From: a candidate division Zixibacteria bacterium RBG-1
GTDB lineage: Bacteria; Zixibacteria; MSB-5A5; DSPP01; RBG-1
Direction: 5' to 3'
Length of the DNA: 64,000 nt
Assembly: GCA_000447245.1 (NCBI GenBank)
Contig: AUYT01000001.1
Span: 804,106-868,105, forward strand
Part shown: piece by piece, positions 1 to 10,485 of the stretch
Position numbering within the stretch: the stretch's first letter is position 1
Layout of the letters: every line of letters begins with the position of its first letter
The notes under the pieces: model-generated
Databases searched by the model: none
What the model saw: only the letters and a program-made list of their open reading frames with translations
Told to the model about the DNA's origin: nothing
Made by a program: the position numbers and the translations under genes

Positions 1-170
1 GTCCGTTTTTGGTGCCGGTTTTGAAAGTAGTGGTCTGTTCGTAGGGAACCGGTAAAATTACAAATTTAGATTTTTTAAAATCGGAATAAGGGGGAGGAAG
101 ACCCAAAAAAGAAAAAGCAGAGTTAGAGGTCATATGGTTCGACTGCGCTCACCATAAAAGGAAAATCAGA

Positions 171-1250
171 TTACCACTTGACATTAAAACCGTTCTCAAA
201 AACAAAGCTGGGTCTTTTTCGTTTGCTGATATTTTTCCCCATATTTTTAGCCAAAGCGGTCACTAAAATCGGCAACACAATAGTCGCATCACAATAAACC
301 GCGCACATCCGGGCGTCATGGCGAATTTTCCCCCAGCTTTGGGATTCCTGGAAAGTACAGCCGGACAACCCTCCCCAGTGGGGGGCATCGGTGGTGACCT
401 GAATACAATATTTGTAGCCCCAGGCCTCATACCCTAAATGAATGTTAGCGGTAACTTCGGCCTGCTGGATGAAGTTCTTGGGTGTGCCTCCTCCAATAGA
501 TATAATGGCGGTATTAGGGGAGTTAGCCACAATCAAGGCGGTTTCCTGCACGTCTTTAATCACATCAAAAGTAAAAGATTTTTTATGGCGGTGGTTATGA
601 GTGGCCAAGGCAATTCCCACCGAAGAATCCGCCACTGCCGGACAGTAAATCGGAATCCCGGCCCGGTAAGCCGAAGTCACAATCCCTTTTTGCTTTTTCA
701 TCTTCCAGATTTTTTCTCCCAGAAGATTGAAAAACTCTCGGGTGGTATAAGGTCTGGATAAATCCAGACTCTGGGTAAACTCCACGATGGTAGAATCCAG
801 ATCCCTGAACTCCAGTTCTTTGGCATAGGTATCATACACCCGGTCAATCAGCTGTTTTTGCAGTTCCACATCGTTGACATGAGGAGACCCGATGAAATGG
901 AAACGCCCCAGGGATTCGTGCATATCGTGAAAAAGATTAGCCCCGGTGGAAACCACACAGTCCACATAGCGGTTTTCAATCAGGTAGCTGACTATGTTAC
1001 GCATCCCTCCCGCCGACATGGCCCCGGCAATCCCCAGAAATATGGCCACTTCATCATTGAGCATATCTTTCCAGACCGAAAGGGCTTTCCCCAGATTTCT
1101 CCCTTGAAAGGAGATATTCTCCATTTTGCCCAAAAGCTCATCTAAATCCAGGGTAGGGTCAATTTCCAAGGGCTGGGTGGGCTGGGAGAGAAAATTTCTC
1201 TCTTTAAGCTTGGTCTTGTGATTATTTTTCATAGTTTCACTCGTTGACAA
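171..1250 (-). CDS. deoxyhypusine synthase-like protein
   Basis: 359 aa ORF; full-length resemblance to the deoxyhypusine synthase family (e.g. [24 protein letters not shown] segments); start overlaps the upstream arginine decarboxylase gene. Confidence 0.75.
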   Translation of the reverse strand: MSTSETMKNNHKTKLKERNFLSQPTQPLEIDPTLDLDELLGKMENISFQGRNLGKALSVWKDMLNDEVAIFLGIAGAMSAGGMRNIVSYLIENRYVDCVVSTGANLFHDMHESLGRFHFIGSPHVNDVELQKQLIDRVYDTYAKELEFRDLDSTIVEFTQSLDLSRPYTTREFFNLLGEKIWKMKKQKGIVTSAYRAGIPIYCPAVADSSVGIALATHNHRHKKSFTFDVIKDVQETALIVANSPNTAIISIGGGTPKNFIQQAEVTANIHLGYEAWGYKYCIQVTTDAPHWGGLSGCTFQESQSWGKIRHDARMCAVYCDATIVLPILVTALAKNMGKNISKRKRPSFVFENGFNVKW

Positions 1251-1788
1251 AGATGCAGGCGGTTATGACTGAGGTCCATAAACCGTTTTTGTCTCCCTCA
1301 GCCGATTGGGTGATGTTCATGGTCCGGTAAATCTTACCGGAAATTTTCCACAGCTCTTTTTTCTCGTCATAACTTTTTTCCACGTCGAATTCAATCCCCA
1401 GGGTAGTGGCCAGCATCCCGGCTGCCAAATCTTCGGCATATTCACCGGCTTTTTTCTCGGTCTGTCCGTAGGCGTGATGTTCCGACAGATACCCGTACAT
1501 CCTGCGGTCCTGGGGAATGGCCAGTCCGATGGAAGAAGAAATCAGACGGTTGGGTTCGTTGGTGGAATTTCGGCTCATGACACAGAAGACAATCTGTCCG
1601 TCATAAAGCATCTGCAATCCGGCGTTTCTGGAAATCAGCTTGCACTTGGGGGGAAAGATGGAAGAGACCGGGACCAAGTTAAAACGGGCAATACCGGCTG
1701 ACCTCAAAGCCAACTCAAAAGAGGAGAGGTATTCTTTATGCCTGCCCACTCCTTTGGTTAAAAAACTTTTTTTAGGGACTACTAACAT
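1237..1788 (-). CDS. pdaD: pyruvoyl-dependent arginine decarboxylase
   Basis: 183 aa; N-terminus [29 protein letters not shown] and [12 protein letters not shown] are typical of PvlArgDC proenzymes (self-cleaving Ser-Ser site); overlaps the DHS-like gene. Confidence 0.7.
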   Translation of the reverse strand: MLVVPKKSFLTKGVGRHKEYLSSFELALRSAGIARFNLVPVSSIFPPKCKLISRNAGLQMLYDGQIVFCVMSRNSTNEPNRLISSSIGLAIPQDRRMYGYLSEHHAYGQTEKKAGEYAEDLAAGMLATTLGIEFDVEKSYDEKKELWKISGKIYRTMNITQSAEGDKNGLWTSVITACIFVNE

Positions 1789-1854
1789 TTATCCTCCTTA
1801 TGTACCACCTCCCACTTTTACTATTCATCCTCCGCCCTTGGAATCTTCTCGGTT

Positions 1855-3327
1855 TTAATCCACCTGCGGCGGGACTAAGGCGATTTCTGTCACTTTCCCC
1901 AATTCCTCCAGGGATTCGTCAAAATCGGCTTTATGTCCCACCACATAAATGGTCAGGGCTTCCGGATGCAGATACTGCTGGGCCACTCTCAAAACATCCT
2001 TGGCGGACACTTTTCTGATATTGTCCAGATAATTTTTGTAATAATCGGCCGGACGCTTATCGTATTCTAAGCCCATTAGCAATCCAACAATCTGCTCGGT
2101 GGTGGTGAATCTGAACACGAAGTTGTTGATGTAGGCATCCTTGGCGGTATTTAATTCCTCCTCGGTCACCAGATTCTCCCTGATCATTTTGATTTCATCC
2201 AGCATATAACTTAAAGCTCTGCAGGTGGATTTGGTTTTGGTCTGACAGCTGGCAAAAAAGACCCCCAAATCCTGAGTGGTGAAAGGAAAGGAAGAACCGA
2301 CACTGTAAGCTAGACCTTCATCCGAACGAACCCGGGAGGTCAAGCGAGAGGAAAAGCTTCCCCCACCCAGAATAAAGTTCATCAATGACAGAGCGTATTG
2401 GTCCGGATTGTTTAAATCAGAGCCCAGATGACCCAGCATGATGTTGGACTGATTGATCTCTTTTTCAATAAAATAAATCCCGGGCTTGAATTTCTTCTCC
2501 ACTTTGGGCTTGGAAGGATAATCCATCTCTTTTTTCTGCCAATCGCCGAAGACTTTCTCCAATTTTTGCAGAATTTTAGCTTCTTTGAAATCACCGCTTA
2601 TCCCCAGCATTATTTGGTGGGGTTGAAAATATTTCTGGTGAAACCCTGCCAACTCTTTTTGGGTGATACTTTTGATATTATCCCATTCCAGACTGCGGCC
2701 GTAGGGATGGTCCCCGTAAATGGTTTTGTAGAATTCCCGGTTGATGATGGAGCCGGGGGTATCGTTGCGCCTGCGAATCTGCTCTTTGAGCTGGTCTTTG
2801 ACCAATTGCAATTTATCTTTATTGAAAGTTGGATTTCTTAGAATATCCGCCAGGAGTTTCAAGCCCTCATCTGTATCCTTGGATAGAATTGACAAGCTGG
2901 CTCGTCCGGCTTCGGTTCCAATCGAAGTTTCCACAGAGCCGGCCATATATTCCAGTTTTTGATTAATCTCATCCGGTTTTAAAGATTTGGTTCCGCCGGT
3001 CCGTAAAACCGTGCCGGTCAGTTGAGCCAAACCCGCCTTCTGGGCGGGTTCATAAACCGCACCGGTATTAATCAAGACCTGAACATTGAATAAAGGCAGG
3101 GTGTGGTCTTCTTTCAGGTAAACTATAATTCCGTTTTTCAGCTCTACTCTTTTGACTTCTTTTCCCACCTGGGGAACCTGCCATACTAAATCTTGGTACT
3201 TAAAGGTGGCGATTTTTTTAGCAGCCGGAGAGGTTTTTTGAGTTTCGGCGGCCCAGAGTAAGACAGCCAAAATCAAAACCAGAGATAAGCTGGCTACTAT
3301 CACAAATTTCCTATTTATTTTCTTCAT
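1855..3327 (-). CDS. M16 family peptidase, non-catalytic-type subunit (no HxxEH)
   Basis: 490 aa with N-terminal signal peptide; M16/pitrilysin-like length and layout but no HxxEH zinc motif; directly downstream of an HxxEH-containing M16 gene. Confidence 0.7.
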   Translation of the reverse strand: MKKINRKFVIVASLSLVLILAVLLWAAETQKTSPAAKKIATFKYQDLVWQVPQVGKEVKRVELKNGIIVYLKEDHTLPLFNVQVLINTGAVYEPAQKAGLAQLTGTVLRTGGTKSLKPDEINQKLEYMAGSVETSIGTEAGRASLSILSKDTDEGLKLLADILRNPTFNKDKLQLVKDQLKEQIRRRNDTPGSIINREFYKTIYGDHPYGRSLEWDNIKSITQKELAGFHQKYFQPHQIMLGISGDFKEAKILQKLEKVFGDWQKKEMDYPSKPKVEKKFKPGIYFIEKEINQSNIMLGHLGSDLNNPDQYALSLMNFILGGGSFSSRLTSRVRSDEGLAYSVGSSFPFTTQDLGVFFASCQTKTKSTCRALSYMLDEIKMIRENLVTEEELNTAKDAYINNFVFRFTTTEQIVGLLMGLEYDKRPADYYKNYLDNIRKVSAKDVLRVAQQYLHPEALTIYVVGHKADFDESLEELGKVTEIALVPPQVD

Positions 3328-3357
3328 TTAAACTCCTCCTCTTGCTTTCAAATTTTT

Positions 3358-4899
3358 TTAATCGCTCAGCTTCTTTTCCGGTACAAAAGAAGTGGGTTTG
3401 CTTTCGGTTTTGGTTTTGACCAGAGTAGCCACGGTGCGGTTGGCTTTATTGAAATATTTCTGGGCCACCCGCATAATCTCCTCCGGGGTCACTTTCTTAC
3501 GCTCTTCTTTCAGAGTCAGCATGAATTTCCAGCTGCCGGTGACCGCATCATAGTTGGTCAGCTGAAAAGCCAGACCGGTATTGGAATTCAAAGAACGGGT
3601 AAAATCCGCCTCCAGCTGGTTGCGGGTTTTTTCCAGTTCCCATTGGGAGACCGGTTCGGTCTTTAATTTTTCCAGCTCGGTGTAAATTTCTTCCTCTAAT
3701 TCCTGAGTAGTATGAGGTGCCAGTGGGGTGGCTTGGATAGTGAATAAATCTGGATAACGGGACTGATAACTGGAAGCGTTAACATTCAGGGCTATTTTTT
3801 TAGCCTCTACTAAGTTTTTATAATATCTGGAAGTTCTACCACGAGATAGAATGCTGGATATTACATCCAGAACATAAGTATCCGGATGTCCGGCCTGAGG
3901 GGTATGATAACCGATTAACATCTGGGGATTGGCGTCGAATTGCACTTCGATTCTTCTTTCCCCCTGTTGCTCCGGCTCGGAAGTAAAAACTGCTTCCGGA
4001 GTGGGTTGAGGCGGAATATCGCCAAAATATTTTTCCACCAGCCTAACAACTTCTTTGGGATTTATATCCCCCACAATGGCTATCACACAATTGTTGGGGG
4101 AATAATGTCTTCTAAAATATTCCTGAACCTGTTCTCGTTTGACGGTGGAAATATCCGAAGCCCAGCCCACCACCGGCCAGCCGTAAGGATGAGCGGTAAA
4201 AGCTGTGGCGGCGAACTGCTCCCACAGTTTACCCAGAGGCTGGGTGTCTGTTCTAAGCCGTCTTTCTTCAAACACCACATCTCTTTCGGAATAAAATTCT
4301 CTTAAAACCGGCTCCCGCATCCGGTCCGATTCAATATAAGCCCACATCTCCAAACGGTTGGAAGGCAAGCTCACAAAATATTGAGTTCCGTCCTCGCTGG
4401 TGGAAGCATTCAACCCGGAGCCGCCGTTTCTCATATAGGTTTCCCACAGTTCATCTTTGAGAATGAATTTCTTTTGTTTTTGCTGCAGCTCTCTCAATTT
4501 CTCCCGCAGTTGCTTTAACTTGGGTTCATCTCCGCCAGCCAAAGGATTTTGCAGTCTCTTTTCTTCTTTTTCCATTTCCGCGGCGGTCTTATCAATCTCT
4601 TTCATCAGAGACACTTCGGCCTCATAATTCCAGGTTCCGATATTTTTGGTCCCCTTGAAGAGCATATGTTCCAGAAGATGGGAAGTTCCGGTAATGCCGG
4701 GCTCTTCATCCACACTTCCGACTTTGAACCGAATTACACAGGAGACCACCGGGGCGGTGTGCTTTTCCACCATTAAAAGTTGTAGGCCGTTCTTTAAGGT
4801 GTGCTCCTGGACATCCAGTTTGAATTCACCGGCCCAGAGAAGAGAGGAAAATATTATCAGAAGACTTACTGCTACATAAACCCTGAAACTCTTTTTCAC
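3358..4899 (-). CDS. M16 family zinc peptidase (catalytic subunit)
   Basis: 513 aa, signal peptide, inverted zinc motif HLLEHMLFKGT (HxxEH). Confidence 0.8.
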   Translation of the reverse strand: MKKSFRVYVAVSLLIIFSSLLWAGEFKLDVQEHTLKNGLQLLMVEKHTAPVVSCVIRFKVGSVDEEPGITGTSHLLEHMLFKGTKNIGTWNYEAEVSLMKEIDKTAAEMEKEEKRLQNPLAGGDEPKLKQLREKLRELQQKQKKFILKDELWETYMRNGGSGLNASTSEDGTQYFVSLPSNRLEMWAYIESDRMREPVLREFYSERDVVFEERRLRTDTQPLGKLWEQFAATAFTAHPYGWPVVGWASDISTVKREQVQEYFRRHYSPNNCVIAIVGDINPKEVVRLVEKYFGDIPPQPTPEAVFTSEPEQQGERRIEVQFDANPQMLIGYHTPQAGHPDTYVLDVISSILSRGRTSRYYKNLVEAKKIALNVNASSYQSRYPDLFTIQATPLAPHTTQELEEEIYTELEKLKTEPVSQWELEKTRNQLEADFTRSLNSNTGLAFQLTNYDAVTGSWKFMLTLKEERKKVTPEEIMRVAQKYFNKANRTVATLVKTKTESKPTSFVPEKKLSD

Positions 4900-4997
4900 C
4901 GCAACCTCCTTGAGGTTAAATTTTTTGGTGGTTGATTATAATAATTTTTTGTTAACTTGTCAATAAATTTTAAAAAAATTTCGATAAAATTTAAAAC

Positions 4998-5025
4998 TTG
5001 ACTTTTGGTTTCGAAAAACTATTTT
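4998..5025 (+). promoter_or_regulatory. putative sigma70-type promoter (TTGACT-16-TATTTT) upstream of the SDR gene
   Basis: -35/-10-like hexamers with 16-nt spacer about 15 nt before the ATG at 5040. Confidence 0.3.
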
Positions 5026-5039
5026 TGTAAAAACCAACT

Positions 5040-5771
5040 ATGATTTCAGTCCAGGACAAAATTGTCATCATCACCGGCGCCAGCCGGGGAATCGGCAAAG
5101 CCACGGCTCTGCTTTTTGGTGAAAAGGGGGCTAGGGTTGTTATAGCCGCCAGAAGCCAGGATGATTCGGAAAAAACCGCTTCGGAAATGATCAAGAAAAA
5201 TCCGAAAAGTGAGGTTCTGGCCGTGGTCAGTGATGTCACCCAGGAAAAGAGTATTAAAAATTTGGTTCAACAGGCCATCCAGAAGTTCGGTGGGATCGAT
5301 ATTCTGGTCAATAACGCCGGAATCGGTATAAATAAGCCGGTGGCGGAATTTACCACTTTGGATTGGGACCTGACTCTGGATACTAATTTAAAGGGACCTT
5401 TTTTAATTTCACGGGAAGTTTTGCCGATAATGATAAAGCAGAGAGGGGGGCAGATTATCAATATCTCCTCCGGAGCCGGGAAAAACCCCATTAAAAATTA
5501 CGCGGCTTACTGTGCTTCCAAATTCGGACTGATCGGTTTTTCAGAATCCTTGGCTTTGGAAGTGAGAAATTATAATATCAAGGTATCAGTTTTGTTGCCC
5601 GGTACCACTGCCACTCATTTCGGAGATAAAAAAAGAGAATATGTGGGTCTAAGACCGAAAAACTCTTTATTGCCCAAGGAGGTAGCCGAAGCGATTTTAA
5701 CTCTGGCAACGCAGGAGCCGCAGGCCTGGACTTCTGAAATGAATTTAAGACCATTAATTATTGAACCATAA
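5040..5771 (+). CDS. short-chain dehydrogenase/reductase (SDR) family oxidoreductase
   Basis: 243 aa; TGASRGIGKA Rossmann motif, NNAG, catalytic YAAYCASK (YxxxK). Confidence 0.85.
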   Translation: MISVQDKIVIITGASRGIGKATALLFGEKGARVVIAARSQDDSEKTASEMIKKNPKSEVLAVVSDVTQEKSIKNLVQQAIQKFGGIDILVNNAGIGINKPVAEFTTLDWDLTLDTNLKGPFLISREVLPIMIKQRGGQIINISSGAGKNPIKNYAAYCASKFGLIGFSESLALEVRNYNIKVSVLLPGTTATHFGDKKREYVGLRPKNSLLPKEVAEAILTLATQEPQAWTSEMNLRPLIIEP

Positions 5772-5787
5772 AAAAGGGAGGTGCAGT

Positions 5788-6195
5788 ATGTTTAAAAAAA
5801 TAGCAGGGCTTTTAGCTCTGACGTTTTTGGCGAGTAGCCTAGCCGTGGCCCAAGAAGATACTACAGCGGCTGTCTCCGTAAATATCGACCAGATTTTATT
5901 CGGGACCGGAATCGAGAGCCGGGAAGCTATCGGCGTGGATACGGTTTTTACAGCAGATGTGGGAAATGTTTACTGCTGGGTTCTGGCAACCGGTGCCGAA
6001 GGTGAAACCCAGATTTCTTTTGTGTGGTATCACGGGGATGAACAGGTGGCGGAAGTGAATGTGCCGGTCAGGTCAGCCCGCTGGAGATGCTGGACTTCCA
6101 AGACCATAATGCCGGATATGACCGGGACCTGGAAAGTAGAAATTAAAGATGAAGCCGGAAAAGTTCTGGAATCAGCCAGTTTTCAAGTAAAATAA
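5788..6195 (+). CDS. hypothetical secreted protein
   Basis: ORF 5761..6195; likely start at ATG 5788 preceded by AAGGGAGG; N-terminal signal peptide MFKKIAGLLALTFLASSLAVAQ. Confidence 0.45.
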   Translation: MFKKIAGLLALTFLASSLAVAQEDTTAAVSVNIDQILFGTGIESREAIGVDTVFTADVGNVYCWVLATGAEGETQISFVWYHGDEQVAEVNVPVRSARWRCWTSKTIMPDMTGTWKVEIKDEAGKVLESASFQVK

Positions 6196-6238
6196 TTCAG
6201 GGAATTGAATTCTAAACAATGGTTCGTTAGTCAATAAT

Positions 6239-6280
6239 GGTCAACAATAGTCAATAATGATATTATTGTTGACCATAAAC
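6239..6280. promoter_or_regulatory. inverted repeat GGTCAACAATA-N14-TATTGTTGACC with flanking TCAATAAT direct repeats; candidate operator
   Basis: Perfect 11-bp inverted repeat arms at 6239-6249 and 6264-6274, about 30 bp upstream of the M24 start; the motif TATTGTTGACCAT recurs at 48895-48908. Confidence 0.4.
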
Positions 6281-6300
6281 TCACCATAAAGGAGAGAAAA

Positions 6301-7551
6301 TTGAGATGGAGATCAATCGGCAGGATGTTGTTTTTTACTCTGGCGATAAGTTCAGTCGCCTTTGCCAAACAGGGTTTGGAAACCAAAGTCAAAGCGGTCC
6401 AGAAATATTTAAAGGAAAATAAAATTTCCGGCTGGCTGTTATACGATTTTCACGGCAATAATCCGGTTGCCACGGAATTTGTCCAGCCCCAGGGGATGCA
6501 GACCAGAAGGTGGTATTATTTCATTCCCCAGTCCGGTTCGGCGTGGGGATTGGTGCATAGAATCGAACAGGCCAATTTCAAAGGTTTATACGGCAAGTTT
6601 GAAGTGTACTCCTCCTGGGATGAGCAGAAACGGAAGTTGAAAGAGATTTTGGCCGGACATAAAGAGATTGCCATGGAGTACTCGCCTCTGAATGCCATTC
6701 CCTATGTTTCCAGAGTGGATGCCGGTACGATTGAACTGCTCAGGTCTTTCGGGCTAAAAGTTATCTCTTCGGCTGATTTGGTGCAGTATTTCCAGGCCCG
6801 CTGGGATAAAGAAGCTTACCTGACTCACAAAGAGGCGGTCAAAGCTTTGATGGAGATTAAAGACAAGGCCTTCAACTTAGTGCGAGATAAAATCAGAAAA
6901 AATCAGAAAATTACAGAGTATGATTTACAACAATTTATCTGGAATCAGTATAAACAGTATAATATGATATCCGATTATTTTCCCATCTGTGCCGTGAACG
7001 AAAACGCCGGTAATCCGCACTATGAACCGACCAAAGAAAATCACCAGGAGATTAAAAAAGGGGATTTTCTCCTGATTGATATCTGGGCTAAAAAGAGTCA
7101 ACCTGGTTCGATTTACGGGGATATCACCTGGACGGCTTATGTGGGTGAAAAAGTGCCGGAAAAATTTGTGATGATTTTCAATATTGTCAAAGAGGCCCGG
7201 GATGCGGCGGTCAAGTTCCTGAAAGATAACTGGAAGAAGAAAACCATTTACGGCTGGCAGGTGGATGATGTTTCCAGAGGGGTAATTAAAAAAGCCGGCT
7301 ATGCTGATTTTTTCACCCACCGAACCGGGCATTCGATTGCCACGGAAGTGCACGGCAACGGGGTCAATATCGATAATTTTGAGACCAAGGATGAAAGAAA
7401 AATAATCCCCGGGGTGGGTTTTTCGATTGAGCCGGGAATCTACCTGAAAAATTTCGGAGTCCGTTCGGAAATTGATGTCTATGCCGGAGAGGATGGTATC
7501 GAGGTGACTTCGCTTCCTCTGCAGATGGAAATTATTCCTCTTTTGAAATAA
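6301..7551 (+). CDS. M24 family metallopeptidase (Xaa-Pro aminopeptidase/creatinase-like)
   Basis: 416 aa; TTG start 5 nt after AAGGAGAG; pita-bread motifs DFLLIDIW, HRTGHSIATEVHG, EPGIYL. Confidence 0.8.
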   Translation: MRWRSIGRMLFFTLAISSVAFAKQGLETKVKAVQKYLKENKISGWLLYDFHGNNPVATEFVQPQGMQTRRWYYFIPQSGSAWGLVHRIEQANFKGLYGKFEVYSSWDEQKRKLKEILAGHKEIAMEYSPLNAIPYVSRVDAGTIELLRSFGLKVISSADLVQYFQARWDKEAYLTHKEAVKALMEIKDKAFNLVRDKIRKNQKITEYDLQQFIWNQYKQYNMISDYFPICAVNENAGNPHYEPTKENHQEIKKGDFLLIDIWAKKSQPGSIYGDITWTAYVGEKVPEKFVMIFNIVKEARDAAVKFLKDNWKKKTIYGWQVDDVSRGVIKKAGYADFFTHRTGHSIATEVHGNGVNIDNFETKDERKIIPGVGFSIEPGIYLKNFGVRSEIDVYAGEDGIEVTSLPLQMEIIPLLK

Positions 7552-7980
7552 ATGAGAATATCTCCATCCAGAGTAAAAATCCAGCTCCGGAAATTTAAGA
7601 ATACCCCTTTTGCCCAGAACTTGGGGATAAAGATTGTGAAATTGAAACCGGGTTACGCAGAATTATCTTTAGCTTACCAGAAAAGAATAACACAACCCTA
7701 CGGTTTTATGCATGGAGGGGCTATTGCGGCTCTGGCAGATACTGCGGCGGCTACCTCGATTCATACTCTCTTGGAGCCGGAGGATAAGATGGTGAGTATT
7801 GAGATGAAGGTTAATTATATTGCGCCGGTGACTAAGGGGAGGATTTTTGCGGGGGCTAAAGTTATTCATAAAGGGAGGAAGACCGCGGTGACGGATGTGG
7901 ATATTAAAGATAGTGAGGGGAAGCTGTGCGCTAAGTCGATTGTGACTTATATGCTTTTTCCGGGTGGGAAGATAAAGTAA
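7552..7980 (+). CDS. PaaI/YbgC-type hotdog-fold thioesterase
   Basis: 142 aa; motif FMHGGAIAALADTAAATS typical of the PaaI thioesterase family. Confidence 0.7.
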   Translation: MRISPSRVKIQLRKFKNTPFAQNLGIKIVKLKPGYAELSLAYQKRITQPYGFMHGGAIAALADTAAATSIHTLLEPEDKMVSIEMKVNYIAPVTKGRIFAGAKVIHKGRKTAVTDVDIKDSEGKLCAKSIVTYMLFPGGKIK

Positions 7981-7995
7981 AATTAAGTTCCTTAA

Positions 7996-8850
7996 ATGCA
8001 GATTTGTCTACTTAAAGCATTATTTATTTCCTCTCATATTTTTTTTGTGACATTACTGGTGGTACAACCGTCTCTGGCATATGATGACGAAGGAGCAGTC
8101 GGATTTCAATCCTCAAAGACCAAATTGCAGAGTTTGACTGACTCACTTCCATCACAACTTGAAAAGACAAAAAAACGTTCAGATTTCGGAGTATTAGTTA
8201 ATTTCCGTCTTGGTCTTGGGCGACATGATAACTTGACTAAAGCTAAATCATGGACAGGACCTGAGCTAAAATCAAGTAATACCCATTTTACAGTTTTGAT
8301 TGAGAGTGGCGTTACCTATAAAAAAGCCTCAAGCAGTTTTTTTATTTCTTACCTGGCACCTATTCCCAGGATACAAAATATTTCCGGTTATGGACACAAG
8401 GCAGAGGCGGTGGATATCGGTTTGTTATTTAAAATGAGATTATTATCAATGAAATCTAAGGTCAACTTCACACCAGCCGTAGGATATATGTGGGCGAAAG
8501 AAATTGCGAACATTTATGACCCCAATGGGTCGCAACCAGATTCACTGGACTTGACCTATGCAGATAACGGGATGTCCTTTGGTGTGGACTTTCAATATAG
8601 ACTTGCAAAAAGCGGAAGAGTATCAGAGCATAGAATAGTCTTTGGTTACTTGCACGAAAATCTACGTAGAGAAGCGGATAGATATCAGTTGGAATGGAGA
8701 TTTTTAGGTTTTAATAAAGAGAAAGGTCAGGGAGGAAAGATGCTTTTTGACGATTTTGACTTTCTCGCTATTGGTTTGGAGCATGTAAGATGGTCAGATG
8801 GTAGAAATGACTGGTTTTTGATAGGTTCTTTTGGGGGGGTATTTAAGTAA
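7996..8850 (+). CDS. hypothetical exported protein (possible outer-membrane protein)
   Basis: 284 aa, N-terminal hydrophobic signal, no recognisable catalytic motif. Confidence 0.35.
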   Translation: MQICLLKALFISSHIFFVTLLVVQPSLAYDDEGAVGFQSSKTKLQSLTDSLPSQLEKTKKRSDFGVLVNFRLGLGRHDNLTKAKSWTGPELKSSNTHFTVLIESGVTYKKASSSFFISYLAPIPRIQNISGYGHKAEAVDIGLLFKMRLLSMKSKVNFTPAVGYMWAKEIANIYDPNGSQPDSLDLTYADNGMSFGVDFQYRLAKSGRVSEHRIVFGYLHENLRREADRYQLEWRFLGFNKEKGQGGKMLFDDFDFLAIGLEHVRWSDGRNDWFLIGSFGGVFK

Positions 8851-9069
8851 GGTATTATTTTAAGAGTTCCGTCAGGAGCTACTCCTGACGGCTATAACTG
8901 ACCTCACCCTACCCTCTCCTACAGGAGAGGGAGCAAAAATCCCTCCCATTGTAGGGGTTCACCCTGAAGGGAGGGGTCAGGATCACGAAGACACGAAAGC
9001 AACGAAAACAGTGGGTAGCCCAGCGGCTTCTGCCACTGGGTAAATGTGCGATAAATCGCACCGCTACAA
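8851..9069. repeat. composite intergenic palindromic repeat array (CCCTCTCC..GGAGAGGG hairpins plus GTGCGATAAATCGCACCGCTAC unit)
   Basis: Stacked hairpin units (CCGTCAGGAGCTACTCCTGACGG; ACCCTCTCCTACAGGAGAGGG; TCCCTCCCATTGTAGGGG) whose relatives recur at 27346, 32470, 36922, 37367, 41290, 44200, 46238, 48576, 50091. Confidence 0.6.
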
Positions 9070-9076
9070 CTTTAAA

Positions 9077-10450
9077 TTACGGTTTCGTCATCTCAATTTT
9101 CCCCAACCCCTCCAAATCCTTTCTGGTCTCTTTCGGATTGGTCACCACCACAAACACCACATCCTGATAGTCGAAATATTTATTCGCCACCCTTTTAATA
9201 TCATCCAAAGTCACCGCATCTATTTTTTGCATATAAGTATCAACATACTTGGAGTCCAAATTATAAAATTCAATATCGCTAATCTGCGAAGCCAAGGCCT
9301 CCGGTGTTTGAAGCCGGGAGGGAAAAAGCCCTTTCAAATAATTCTTAGCACCAGCCAGTTCATCTGGGCTGACCCCTTTTTCTCTAAACTTTTTCACTTC
9401 CTCTAAAGCCACATCAATAGTCTTTCTGGTAGTTTTATTCTTAGTAAAAGTAGAAATCAGATAAGCGCCGGTTTCTTTGAACATATTGAATCTGGAAGAA
9501 ACTCCATAAGTCAAACCTTGGTTGACTCTGATTTCATTGACTAATCTTGAAGAAAATCCTCCACCTAAAATAGTGTTAGCCACAACCACAGGGAAATAAT
9601 CGGGATTGTTACGAGGCACTGAAATATTCCCAATTCTAATCTGGGTTTGGGTCACGTCTGGTTTTTCCACAATCAGAAGTTTACGCCCTTTGTACTTAGT
9701 TGGAGCAGGAACTTTGTCTAGGCTAGAATTAGATTTTTGCCAATTGGCTAAAGTATTTTCAACTTTCTGTTTTACGCTCTGGGAACTGAAATCGCCTACC
9801 AAAGTTAAAATAGAATACTGGGGCACGAAATATTTTTTGTAAAAATTCATCACATCTTCGCGGGTAATGTTTTTCAAAGAAGTTTCGGTTCCAGAAACCG
9901 GATGTGAGTAAGGATTTTTTTCAAATAAAAATTGATAAAAAGCTTTAGTGGCAATGGTGGAGGGGTCATCTTTTTCTTCCTGTAAACCAGCTAAGGTCAG
10001 CTCTTTTTCCCGCTCAAACTCTTCTTGGGAAAAAACCGAATTGAGCAGAATGTCGGAAAGTAGATTCAAAGCTAAATCAACATCTTTGCTTAAAAATTCT
10101 CCACTGATAAAAGCATAATCGGGACTGGCTCCGCTGTTTAAACTCCCACCTACAAATTCAATTTCCTCTGAAATCTGTTCAAAAGATTTAGTTTTGGTCC
10201 CTTTTCTTATCAAGGTTGCGGTTAAGTCCGCCAAGCCTTCTTTTCCCAGCGGGTCATAGACAGAGCCGGCTTTGAGGACTAATCTAAAGTTTACCAAAGG
10301 GAGTTTCTTATTCTCCATTACCAGCAAAGTCAAATCATTTCCTAAGCTGGATTTTTGATAGGGGGGAAGTTTGATTTCGGATGCTAAAATTAAATTAGAA
10401 AAAACAACCAAGAGTAAAGAAACAATTATGGTAAGCTTAAATATTTTCAT
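9077..10450 (-). CDS. M16 family peptidase, non-catalytic-type subunit (no HxxEH)
   Basis: 457 aa, signal peptide, M16-like but no HxxEH; downstream of the catalytic M16 at 10486..11811. Confidence 0.7.
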   Translation of the reverse strand: MKIFKLTIIVSLLLVVFSNLILASEIKLPPYQKSSLGNDLTLLVMENKKLPLVNFRLVLKAGSVYDPLGKEGLADLTATLIRKGTKTKSFEQISEEIEFVGGSLNSGASPDYAFISGEFLSKDVDLALNLLSDILLNSVFSQEEFEREKELTLAGLQEEKDDPSTIATKAFYQFLFEKNPYSHPVSGTETSLKNITREDVMNFYKKYFVPQYSILTLVGDFSSQSVKQKVENTLANWQKSNSSLDKVPAPTKYKGRKLLIVEKPDVTQTQIRIGNISVPRNNPDYFPVVVANTILGGGFSSRLVNEIRVNQGLTYGVSSRFNMFKETGAYLISTFTKNKTTRKTIDVALEEVKKFREKGVSPDELAGAKNYLKGLFPSRLQTPEALASQISDIEFYNLDSKYVDTYMQKIDAVTLDDIKRVANKYFDYQDVVFVVVTNPKETRKDLEGLGKIEMTKP

Positions 10451-10485
10451 AAAGATTCATCTCCTTATAGTTTAAGGTCCAAATT

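Noticed and set aside
438-1145. Plus-strand ORFs 438..761 and 858..1145 overlapping the DHS-like gene
   Set aside because: Antisense to a well-supported 359-aa coding sequence; no motifs; typical shadow ORFs.
2412-2962. ORFs 2412..2594 (-), 2428..2841 (+), 2741..2962 (+) inside the M16 gene
   Set aside because: Shadow ORFs within or antisense to the 490-aa M16 peptidase gene.
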